Of a DNA stretch of 37,839 nt, positions 1 to 7,673 are shown piece after piece. The first letter of the stretch is position 1. Every line of letters begins with the position of its first letter. The notes below the pieces were generated by a model. It was given only the letters and a program-made list of their open reading frames with translations. It did no database searches and had not been told where the DNA came from. The DNA comes from a virus (Duplodnaviria; Caudoviricetes), in IMG/VR virus record IMGVR_UViG_3300032254_000015, positions 1 through 37,839 of that record, one strand, 5' to 3'. Position numbers and translations under genes: made by a program.

Positions 1-48
1 TGTAGCGCGACAATCATTTTGCGACAAACTGACAATCATTTTGCGACA
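1..48 (+). repeat. Terminal end with two tandem transposase-binding sites (Mu attR-like, methylase side)
   Basis: 5'-TG terminus; identical 18-mer GACAATCATTTTGCGACA at 9-26 and 31-48 (22-bp period). Confidence 0.88.
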
Positions 49-114
49 CGATTTTAGCCTCGTTTTACAGTGAGTTTGAATCAACTTTAAATCCGCTTCA
101 AACTCACTTTACGG

Positions 115-879
115 TCACTTCCAACTTCTTATGATTAGCTCCTTTTTGGGTGTTCGACCTTGCTTGCCTCCAACAGTGTAGGTGATGGGGACGGTCTTCA
201 TTCTAAGTCCTTTGAACACCTTCCTGATGTCGGGGTGGTCGTTTATGCTGATGATCATCTTGCCTTTGATTGAGCGTGCCAGGCTGGCCATCTGTTCGTA
301 TTGTTCCAAGCCAAATTCATTGCCGTACCCTGCTGTCTGCCAGTAAGGTGGATCAAGGTAGAACAGGGTGTGGTCTCGATCATATCTCTTAACAATATTA
401 ACCCAGTCCAGGTTCTCGATGTTGGTGCGCGTCATACGCAGGTAAGCCTGGCTTAAATCTTCTTCAATGCGCAACAGGTTAAAGCGTGGTGGGCTGGTTG
501 TGGCGGTGCCGTATGTCTGGCCATCTACCTTGCCACCGAAGGCCAGCTTCTGGAGGTAATAGAACCGTGCTGCACGTTGGATATCGGTGAGTGTTTCTGG
601 TCGCTTTTCTTGTTCCCACTGGTATATTTGTCGACTACTTAAAGCCCATTTAAACTGCTTTATAAACTCTTCTAAATGGTGCTGAATAACCCGATATAAA
701 TTAACGAGCTCGCCATTGAGATCATTCAGCACTTCAACCTTGCTGGGCTGCTTTTTAAAGAAGATAGCACCTGCACCAGCGAATGCTTCCACATAACATG
801 TATGTTCAGGGAATAATGGCAATATTTTATCTGCCAAGCGTGACTTTCCACCCATCCAGGGTATAAACGGTTTGGTCAT
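115..879 (-). CDS. D12-class N6-adenine DNA methyltransferase, in the mom position
   Basis: N-terminal PWMGGKS, SAM-binding EAFAGAGA, catalytic DPPY; last gene before the end. Confidence 0.93.
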   Translation of the reverse strand: MTKPFIPWMGGKSRLADKILPLFPEHTCYVEAFAGAGAIFFKKQPSKVEVLNDLNGELVNLYRVIQHHLEEFIKQFKWALSSRQIYQWEQEKRPETLTDIQRAARFYYLQKLAFGGKVDGQTYGTATTSPPRFNLLRIEEDLSQAYLRMTRTNIENLDWVNIVKRYDRDHTLFYLDPPYWQTAGYGNEFGLEQYEQMASLARSIKGKMIISINDHPDIRKVFKGLRMKTVPITYTVGGKQGRTPKKELIIRSWK

Positions 880-907
880 TTTATGAGCCTTTTTATTTTA
901 AGGTTTA

Positions 908-1028
908 TGGTAAAGTCACCTTACCGTGATCGCGGTGGAAGGTGCCTTTGCTGGCTCACAGTACTCGTTTACTGTTTGCTGGGGCTGGGTTGATGTTGAA
1001 GCATCATCCCAGCCGCCCTTTCTTTTTT
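908..1028 (+). ncRNA. Candidate structured antisense sRNA / structured leader upstream of the methylase
   Basis: Extended -10 TGgTAAAGT (908-916); stems at 917-944, 959-974, 983-1014; T-run to 1028. Confidence 0.45.
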
Positions 1029-1031
1029 ACT

Positions 1032-1502
1032 TTAAGCGACGATACCTGCATTGGTTAAAACAGTTCGTAAAGCTGTTTCATTGGCTGCATTATCAATGTC
1101 AGTTTGAACCGTGGCGTTTGCGTCTAAAATTGCATTTTTCTCGGTGACTATTTCAGACTTTCGTGTCGAAGTAGTGGTTGCATATCCTTCTTCTCTATCT
1201 AGCGGCACAAGCTTGTTCTCACGATCAACGCGACGAATATCGTGTGCGATTAATTTAGCTTTTGGAAGATCAATTCCAATAAAACTTTCTGGATTTGAGT
1301 CATCCCACGCATAGCGAAAGACGCTATCTTCTGGCAGGTCAGCATCGGAAATTTCACGCACGTTGGTTGCATTAGCTGGCACTACTTTGTCAATTAAATC
1401 TGCAGCCGTGAATCCTAACTTAATTGCTTTAGGTGTTAATGTGCGAATGCGAACAGGAACATTATCATCCAGGAGCGTGAAAACTATTGAGGTGTTTTTC
1501 AT
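1032..1502 (-). CDS. Tail-fibre-associated protein (putative assembly factor)
   Basis: Directly after the tail fibre gene; KVVP..LPED..FRYAW motif; AAGG SD. Confidence 0.6.
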   Translation of the reverse strand: MKNTSIVFTLLDDNVPVRIRTLTPKAIKLGFTAADLIDKVVPANATNVREISDADLPEDSVFRYAWDDSNPESFIGIDLPKAKLIAHDIRRVDRENKLVPLDREEGYATTTSTRKSEIVTEKNAILDANATVQTDIDNAANETALRTVLTNAGIVA

Positions 1503-1518
1503 TTTTATTTACCTTTAT

Positions 1519-2046
1519 TTAATTTGCGTATACACAAACATCAATGTATTGCATGTCTTCAGCCGTTGAAGGTTGAAGCTGAGTTATTATTTGAACAGAT
1601 GATACTGTTCTAGTACCAGCACCAGCACTTCTAGGATCTCCGCCCGCTTTCATACAACTAACAGTCGCCGAAAAATTAAGGTTAGGCATATCATTTATAA
1701 AATTAATAGTGTGAATTCCTACACCATCATCACCTAAACTTAAAACATTAAAGCTATCTCGAATCACACTATTGGCACCGTCATAGTTTATCCATGCTTT
1801 CGCCGCACCTGGTTGCCCTGTGATTGCTTTTGACAACAAAGACAAATCCGCATCACTGGGTGCTAAGCCTTGGTTAGTAATTACCTGGCGTAATGCCTCA
1901 CCAATTTTATAAAACCAATGTGGCCCTGGTATGGTTGCTTCCTGACCTGCACCTGGGTCAGCGGCACGCGGGTAACCATTCGATGGGACACCTGGTGCAG
2001 CGGGTGGTGCAGCATTAGCATTAGCAGCATAGTTACGTGGTTCCAT
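1519..2046 (-). CDS. Short tail fibre protein
   Basis: After gp48; N-terminal ATIPGPHWF..IGEAL..VI baseplate-anchor motif; C-terminal AKAWINYDG..IRDSFNV domain. Confidence 0.75.
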   Translation of the reverse strand: MEPRNYAANANAAPPAAPGVPSNGYPRAADPGAGQEATIPGPHWFYKIGEALRQVITNQGLAPSDADLSLLSKAITGQPGAAKAWINYDGANSVIRDSFNVLSLGDDGVGIHTINFINDMPNLNFSATVSCMKAGGDPRSAGAGTRTVSSVQIITQLQPSTAEDMQYIDVCVYAN

Positions 2047-2057
2047 AATACTTTCTC

Positions 2058-2648
2058 CTATACGTATTCAAAAATAATAACGCAATGAGCTGGAGCCATT
2101 TTATTTATGGCGCACTCTATTTGTGTTCGTGGTAGTTCTTGCCCGAGCGATTCGTCCACAGCGCTTTCAACCGTAAAAGCAATCACTGGTTGATCTTTAG
2201 CTAATAACTTAATGGCAAAACGCCAGTCTTCACCATAAATTGGTTCATCAACTGCGCTATCAACTGAATGTGATTCATATTCAGTAATGCTTGCTGGTGC
2301 AAAGCCTAAACGTTCTGCGATATCAATTAACTCTTGATTATTATCACCAGCTTGTTCTGTGACCTTGGCTGTTAAATTTAATTGACGCTCTGCAATGGTT
2401 GCGCCTAAGTAACCGCATACGCCAGGGATACCAGCGGCAGCTTCGTGTTCGGGTAATAACTCAACCGTGCTACGCGGATCAGTCTCATCAATTAAGTTGG
2501 TAGCGCGTTCATCGATATACGCAAACCCTTTGGCAAAGCCCATTAATAATTTGCTGTAAAATGAATCATCACGCAGCAACGAAGTCCACAACTTACCGCG
2601 TGGGTGAAGTTGTTTGAGTTGATGTTGATAATCTTCAACCGTTGCCAT
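2058..2648 (-). CDS. Baseplate protein, Mu gp48-like (DUF2313/YmfQ)
   Basis: L..LHPRGKLW, E.DPRST.ELL and PAH motifs; synteny. Confidence 0.88.
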   Translation of the reverse strand: MATVEDYQHQLKQLHPRGKLWTSLLRDDSFYSKLLMGFAKGFAYIDERATNLIDETDPRSTVELLPEHEAAAGIPGVCGYLGATIAERQLNLTAKVTEQAGDNNQELIDIAERLGFAPASITEYESHSVDSAVDEPIYGEDWRFAIKLLAKDQPVIAFTVESAVDESLGQELPRTQIECAINKMAPAHCVIIFEYV

Positions 2649-3740
2649 TTACAACGCACTCCACGTGAATATACCTGGTGTTAATAACTCACCTTTATTT
2701 AACGTTACATCGGCAGCGGGTGAAGTAATGACATGATCTTCTTCATCGGTTGCCGTACTGATTGCTTCACGAATGTGTGACACGGGTAGTGTTGCATTAC
2801 CGGTACCGTCTTCGACTTTGGATTCTCTGAGCAACAAGGCTTTAATGGCAGACTCTACGGCAGCTTGAACAGCGGCGGTGTTTGGTTTGAGTTGAATAGT
2901 AAAGTTTAGTTGTACTTCAGTCGGTGCAATGGCGCTAAAACCTTTCATACCTGAAGGACGTAACACATCAATATAGTCTTGTACCGTTTGAACTTCTGCC
3001 GCATCAGGAATTAGCGTGGCATCGTCATCCCGCACAAAGAATAAACCGACCGTGCCATAACCTAGCCAGTTACTATAAGACCAGGCGCGAGTAACACCCG
3101 CTACTTCACGTGCCCATACTTCATATTGATCGTTGTTTGAGCCATTTGGATTTTTTTGCCGACGCTCACGAATACGCTGGTTAACTTGTTCCCAGGTTTC
3201 CTGATCAGTGCCACCGGTTAAGCCACCGGTAGCAACGGTTGCATTACTATTAATGCCCGCGATCGGGACCGTTAATACTAACGTCACACCTTCATCTGCA
3301 TTGCTGTCTTGACCGGCACCATCAATCTCAACAGTGCATGTTACCGCAACGGTGGCCACACCTGCTGCAATGGTGGCATCACTATCGGTCACATACTCAA
3401 AACCCGCACGCTGAAAAACTGAACCTGCCACCAATGTTTTACCATCGGTACCTGCAAGGTCAACATTACCAATTGCACCTTTCGCTTCTTTTCGGCCCTT
3501 ACTTAAAAACAACGTTGCATCACGTTCAATCACAAGAGAGTCAGTGGCATAGCCTGCAACCACTTGTTTTGAAATATGCTGAAGGTGGCCATGTAGCCCA
3601 TGTGTTACTCCTGCCACCGCTTTACCCAGTGCCGCTGTTAAACTATTGCGCAGCCAGCCATAAACGTTGCCGGTTTCGCTTTCAACATCTGAGCGGAAAA
3701 ACTTTTTTAACTCTGGAATAGACCGTCTGTTAAACGACAT
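2649..3740 (-). CDS. Baseplate J-like protein, Mu gp47
   Basis: GGTDQET, Y..WAREVAGVTRAW, GTV motifs; synteny. Confidence 0.92.
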   Translation of the reverse strand: MSFNRRSIPELKKFFRSDVESETGNVYGWLRNSLTAALGKAVAGVTHGLHGHLQHISKQVVAGYATDSLVIERDATLFLSKGRKEAKGAIGNVDLAGTDGKTLVAGSVFQRAGFEYVTDSDATIAAGVATVAVTCTVEIDGAGQDSNADEGVTLVLTVPIAGINSNATVATGGLTGGTDQETWEQVNQRIRERRQKNPNGSNNDQYEVWAREVAGVTRAWSYSNWLGYGTVGLFFVRDDDATLIPDAAEVQTVQDYIDVLRPSGMKGFSAIAPTEVQLNFTIQLKPNTAAVQAAVESAIKALLLRESKVEDGTGNATLPVSHIREAISTATDEEDHVITSPAADVTLNKGELLTPGIFTWSAL

Positions 3741-4178
3741 TTAAGCAGCCCTCTGTAATTCATAATCAATCAAATCTTCATACGTGGTGTCATCCGGCAA
3801 CGTCATTACAATCGCAATAGCCATCACACCTTTACGGTGCCAGTACGTTTCAACGTTTATTGTTTTTGCAATGCCGTCTTTAATAAACCAGCGTAATGCT
3901 TCGGTGGCATATTCTTTGCCCCGGTCTAACGTGTTTTGTGTTTCTTTTGCGCGTTCGAGTAACCAGAGTCGTGAGCCTATGCTGTCTTCTTCATAGCTGT
4001 CCGCCCAATGGCCACGTTTATCATTTGAACCGTCTGGAATCTCATCATCATCACGTGCACGGGCATCGGTAAGCAAACTGATCATCACCGCTGTGCGTAA
4101 ACCTAAGTCATGCTCTAAGTCATCCTGGCCAACACCAATATCAAATTGTTTGCCGTCAAAGTTAAGTGCTATGTCCAT
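3741..4178 (-). CDS. Baseplate protein, Mu gp46-like
   Basis: LRTAVMISLLTD, RGHWAD, GSRLWLL; start moved to ATG 4178, which overlaps the upstream TAA. Confidence 0.9.
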   Translation of the reverse strand: MDIALNFDGKQFDIGVGQDDLEHDLGLRTAVMISLLTDARARDDDEIPDGSNDKRGHWADSYEEDSIGSRLWLLERAKETQNTLDRGKEYATEALRWFIKDGIAKTINVETYWHRKGVMAIAIVMTLPDDTTYEDLIDYELQRAA

Positions 4179-4348
4179 TACCATTTCCACCAAATTAGCC
4201 ACGCCAAACCACTAACGCCTGTCGCCAACAACAAATTTCTGCTCCACCAATTTGGATGATATCTACATGCTTCGAAGGCATCCCAAAAGCAGAACAACGT
4301 AACAAATAAAGGTATTAACCAACTCAATTGTGTAATGCTGATATTCAT
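4178..4348 (-). CDS. Small 56-aa Trp-rich two-TM protein (not in the ORF track)
   Basis: MNISITQLSWLIPLFVTLFCFWDAFEACRYHPNWWSRNLLLATGVSGLAWLIWWKW; TAATG overlaps with gp45 and gp46 at both ends. Confidence 0.72.
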   Translation of the reverse strand: MNISITQLSWLIPLFVTLFCFWDAFEACRYHPNWWSRNLLLATGVSGLAWLIWWKW

Positions 4349-4959
4349 TAGTTCATTTTCTCAGTTGGTGGTGTATTTAAGTCAGGGTGGCCATGACTAT
4401 CATAAATATCACGCATACTTTGCATCGAACCTGTTGCGTCACTCATTTGAGCCGCGCTAGAAACATTACCAACGGCTGCAATGGTTTCGCCGACGGTTAA
4501 CTTTCCGCTGATGTCACAATGTGGTGTGGTCATCGTCACTTTCGTGTTGGCAATAATGTCCACGTTAGGCGCTTTGGCCGTTATTTTAGTCATGGCATCA
4601 ATGAGAATATGATTACCGCGCTTAAAATGAATCACGTCACCTTCATCGGTATTAATAGCAATTTCACCATTGGCTAATCCTTGCAAACGAAAAAGACGGT
4701 TGGCCACTACAAGGGCAATCGTGTGTGAACGTTGTCCGTTTAATGAGACGGTGAGAACTTCTGGCTCACCCGGTGCGTGTGACGTAAAACCATAAGGCTC
4801 AAAGTGCTCAACATCATCAAGAACTTCACCTTTAAGCAGCTCGACTTGCAGTGTTTGCATTAACTGATTTGGGTCAATCAATGTCACAACACCACGAGAA
4901 ACCAACTGGCGTACTTTCCGGCGAAGGGGTTTTAAGGCTATGTTAATGAGTCGCATCAT
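4348..4959 (-). CDS. Baseplate spike, Mu gp45-like
   Basis: VEHFEPYGFTS, GEIAI..DEG, C-terminal H-x-H tip (SHGHP). Confidence 0.92.
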   Translation of the reverse strand: MMRLINIALKPLRRKVRQLVSRGVVTLIDPNQLMQTLQVELLKGEVLDDVEHFEPYGFTSHAPGEPEVLTVSLNGQRSHTIALVVANRLFRLQGLANGEIAINTDEGDVIHFKRGNHILIDAMTKITAKAPNVDIIANTKVTMTTPHCDISGKLTVGETIAAVGNVSSAAQMSDATGSMQSMRDIYDSHGHPDLNTPPTEKMN

Positions 4960-5990
4960 TATAAGGTGTCCTCATCTTGTTCTTCTTCTGGTACCGGAAT
5001 GAGATCTAATGCTTCAGGTGGCATAACTTCTAACTCAGCAAGTTCACCATCCTCATTAATGGTGAGTGTGGTATGAACAAGCAACAAGTCGGCATTGAGT
5101 TCGTTGTATGCGTCAATGACAGGGACTAATTTATTGGGCACCCATAAGCCGTCATCATGTTTCCAGCCATTAACAGTGTACGTCTTTGCTTGTGATTCTC
5201 CGAAACGAACATTGCGGTCATTTTCTGCAATCACTTTTGCATCATTCAACGTAAGGTCATCAGGAACGATAACAATGGTGCGCGCTTTTCTAATATTTTT
5301 ATCTATAGCCTTCCCTGAAACATGTGCAGCTGCTGTACCGTTGAGAGTATCGTTGCCTGACTGTTGGCCGGACACGATATAAGTACGATAGCGTTCTCGT
5401 TTACTGCGCGTGCTAGTGGCACCAAGAATATTTTCACCAAGAATTAATGATGTACCAAGACGTTCTTTGCTGGCACGTGTAATTACTAAATCACCTGAAG
5501 GATTGCTGGTTAAATGAACGGCACGATAGGATGCTAATTTTGCTAAAAACTCATAGTGCGTTTCGCCTACATCACGCGTTGCTTTTTTAAACGCTTCGCC
5601 AACATCACATTCAACAACCACATTAATGCCGAAGGGGGCACATTCTTTTTTTGCAATGGCAACCAGGTCTAAATTTGGGTAATCAATCTTTTCACCAGAA
5701 CAGTCAACCAGATCACCCGTCTTTGAACGGCCTACAACAGTCAATGTATGATTAGTAGCATCATAGTCTGCACTCACATCATCAACATAACCGGTGATAA
5801 CAGTTTCACCATCAATCTCAACAACACATGGGCTGTCTTCTTTAATAGGACGGCGCTCTTTCGAGTTCGCCCATTTATCAGTAAGCGTTAAATCAAACGT
5901 GTCAGCAAAACGACGCATACCACGCTGGATTTTAATTTCTTTCCACCCCCCGTAAATTTGACTATCCACTTTAAGCGCTAACTCAGACAT
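4959..5990 (-). CDS. Baseplate hub, Mu gp44 (gpP)-like
   Basis: GW..I.I.R, TGYVD, GRSKTGDLVDCS, LGENI, W.PN motifs. Confidence 0.92.
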   Translation of the reverse strand: MSELALKVDSQIYGGWKEIKIQRGMRRFADTFDLTLTDKWANSKERRPIKEDSPCVVEIDGETVITGYVDDVSADYDATNHTLTVVGRSKTGDLVDCSGEKIDYPNLDLVAIAKKECAPFGINVVVECDVGEAFKKATRDVGETHYEFLAKLASYRAVHLTSNPSGDLVITRASKERLGTSLILGENILGATSTRSKRERYRTYIVSGQQSGNDTLNGTAAAHVSGKAIDKNIRKARTIVIVPDDLTLNDAKVIAENDRNVRFGESQAKTYTVNGWKHDDGLWVPNKLVPVIDAYNELNADLLLVHTTLTINEDGELAELEVMPPEALDLIPVPEEEQDEDTL

Positions 5991-7140
5991 CAGTTAATAC
6001 CTCCAGCGGTTGGCCACCTTGTACAAAGCCCGGGTGCGCAATTTTATTGCGTGTGACTAACTCTTCTTCACGCGTGGCATCACCATATACCTGGTGTGCA
6101 AGCACTAAAGCCGGTAACCTGGTTAACGGTGTATGTTGTTTAATTTTAGGTAGCCTGGCAGCACGGGTGCGTAGGTCAGCAATAATGATGGCGCGTAATT
6201 CAATGAGGCTAAAATACATGTCATCGTTAATCGGTGAACCATCGACCACATCAACCTGTTCAATTTGTGCATCCAACGCATCGACCAGGTCTTGTTGAAC
6301 GGCAACAGCATCGTCACTTGTTGCAAATGAGGTGCGTGTGGTGGTTTTCGCAGCTTCGGCAATGGACACACGTTTCGTTAATGCAACAACGGCCTGTTTA
6401 GAACGGGCGGCTTGTCTACCTTGTGGTGTATTTGTATTACCCGCAGCTGGATCGTCTTTATCAAATACCCCCTTGTATAAATTTAAGGCATTACCGGGTT
6501 CATCTAATAAAGTTTGAACGCGAGATAAAGAACCCGCCAACGCACTACCAAAATTAAAGGGTACGCGAATCAAGCCAGCGAGTGGTTGGGTAACAGCCCC
6601 CACCGCGTTATCAACAGCCCCTAAAATGTTGTCAACTTCACCGAGTATGTCATCTACATGATCTTGCGCTAAACCAATCACATCAAAAACTTTGGCAAAG
6701 TCATTAATGCTATCGGCAATTGATTTTTCAGCCTGCTTGTTAACACCCGCTGCAGTGTCATAGGTTGAGTTGGGGTAGCGCGGTTCAGATTCAGCTTCAA
6801 TATAAGTGAGAGTAAACGTCACCTTGCCATGAGCACGAGAAGACTCACTCATCCGTGCGTTGATAATGGTCACGGTCAGCATGCCATATTTCGGATGCAG
6901 CAAGGTACCGTCACCTGGTAACTCAATGGCATCAATCAATTTATCGCGGGCTTGCTCATAGCCTTCGCCCATTACCGTGACTTGAATATTGTATTTGCGG
7001 ACTTTTTTACCCAAATCTTCAGCATAAGCATCATCTCGCATTGGATACTCATGCACTTGAACACGACGGCCAAACTCTAAATCCTCACCGGTAACAATGA
7101 ATTCCGCATCACGGAACTGGCCAATCACATCGTGGCTCAT
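5983..7140 (-). CDS. DNA circularisation protein, Mu gpN/gp43-like
   Basis: GRRVQVHEYP..D..AEDLG, G.LLHP.YG, C-terminal RN.I.HPGFV. Confidence 0.92.
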   Translation of the reverse strand: MSHDVIGQFRDAEFIVTGEDLEFGRRVQVHEYPMRDDAYAEDLGKKVRKYNIQVTVMGEGYEQARDKLIDAIELPGDGTLLHPKYGMLTVTIINARMSESSRAHGKVTFTLTYIEAESEPRYPNSTYDTAAGVNKQAEKSIADSINDFAKVFDVIGLAQDHVDDILGEVDNILGAVDNAVGAVTQPLAGLIRVPFNFGSALAGSLSRVQTLLDEPGNALNLYKGVFDKDDPAAGNTNTPQGRQAARSKQAVVALTKRVSIAEAAKTTTRTSFATSDDAVAVQQDLVDALDAQIEQVDVVDGSPINDDMYFSLIELRAIIIADLRTRAARLPKIKQHTPLTRLPALVLAHQVYGDATREEELVTRNKIAHPGFVQGGQPLEVLTDV

Positions 7141-7673
7141 ACGAAGCCCCCATGCTGTGCTATACTCATTTCATTATTAAAGTCACAAAGGACAGTGTTA
7201 TGAAAAAGGTGTTTCTTGTTTTGATGTTGTTGCCGAGCTTTGTATTTGCCGAGGATATGGCCAAGCTTGTCATTAAAGGTGTTTCTGAACATAACCAGCC
7301 CATCGTTATAGAAGCCATTGAAGAGGTGCGCAAAGTTTGCCCAGGGTTTGATAAATACTGGGGTGATGTTGAGTCGGCAACAGCTGCTGTATGGAAAGGC
7401 CAAGACTGGGACTATCGCCGTAAAGAGTTTGGTTGGAAAAACTACCTTATGCTGAGAATAAAAATTAAACACGACACCAAATTTATTCCGCTCCAATACA
7501 GCGTGTTTGGACATACACTTCAATATGATATTGGTGGTGGCAATCATTCGAGTATGTTGACTAAAAAAAGAGCTGCTCAATATTTTTGTGGCGGTTATAA
7601 AATTAATGATGAGGGTGGCGACACGCATTTGTATAGCCCAGCCTTTGTTATATTGGATAAATTGAAATAGCAT
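7137..7673 (-). CDS. Possible 178-aa coupling ORF overlaying the moron
   Basis: Start overlaps the tape-measure stop (TAATG); stop overlaps the gpN start (ATGA); product resembles no family I recognise. Confidence 0.4.
   Translation of the reverse strand: MLFQFIQYNKGWAIQMRVATLIINFITATKILSSSFFSQHTRMIATTNIILKCMSKHAVLERNKFGVVFNFYSQHKVVFPTKLFTAIVPVLAFPYSSCCRLNITPVFIKPWANFAHLFNGFYNDGLVMFRNTFNDKLGHILGKYKARQQHQNKKHLFHNTVLCDFNNEMSIAQHGGFV
7158..7192 (+). promoter_or_regulatory. Extended -10 promoter and SD of the antisense moron
   Basis: TGcTATACT at 7158-7166; AAGGA at 7188-7192 before ATG 7200. Confidence 0.6.
7200..7670 (+). CDS. Exported hypothetical protein (antisense moron in the tail operon)
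   Basis: Signal peptide MKKVFLVLMLLPSFVFA; own promoter and SD; two Cys in the mature part. Confidence 0.8.
   Translation: MKKVFLVLMLLPSFVFAEDMAKLVIKGVSEHNQPIVIEAIEEVRKVCPGFDKYWGDVESATAAVWKGQDWDYRRKEFGWKNYLMLRIKIKHDTKFIPLQYSVFGHTLQYDIGGGNHSSMLTKKRAAQYFCGGYKINDEGGDTHLYSPAFVILDKLK

Noticed and set aside
9-48. Tandem 18-bp repeats as a CRISPR array
   Set aside because: Only two copies with a 4-bp gap and no cas genes; better explained as transposase sites
926-1147. 73-aa + strand ORF as a Com-like regulator
   Set aside because: Wrong strand, no paired CxxC motifs, overlaps the structured region and a real gene
1032-2046. Invertible tail-fibre segment or diversity-generating retroelement
   Set aside because: No invertase, reverse transcriptase, inverted cassette or template/variable repeat pair seen
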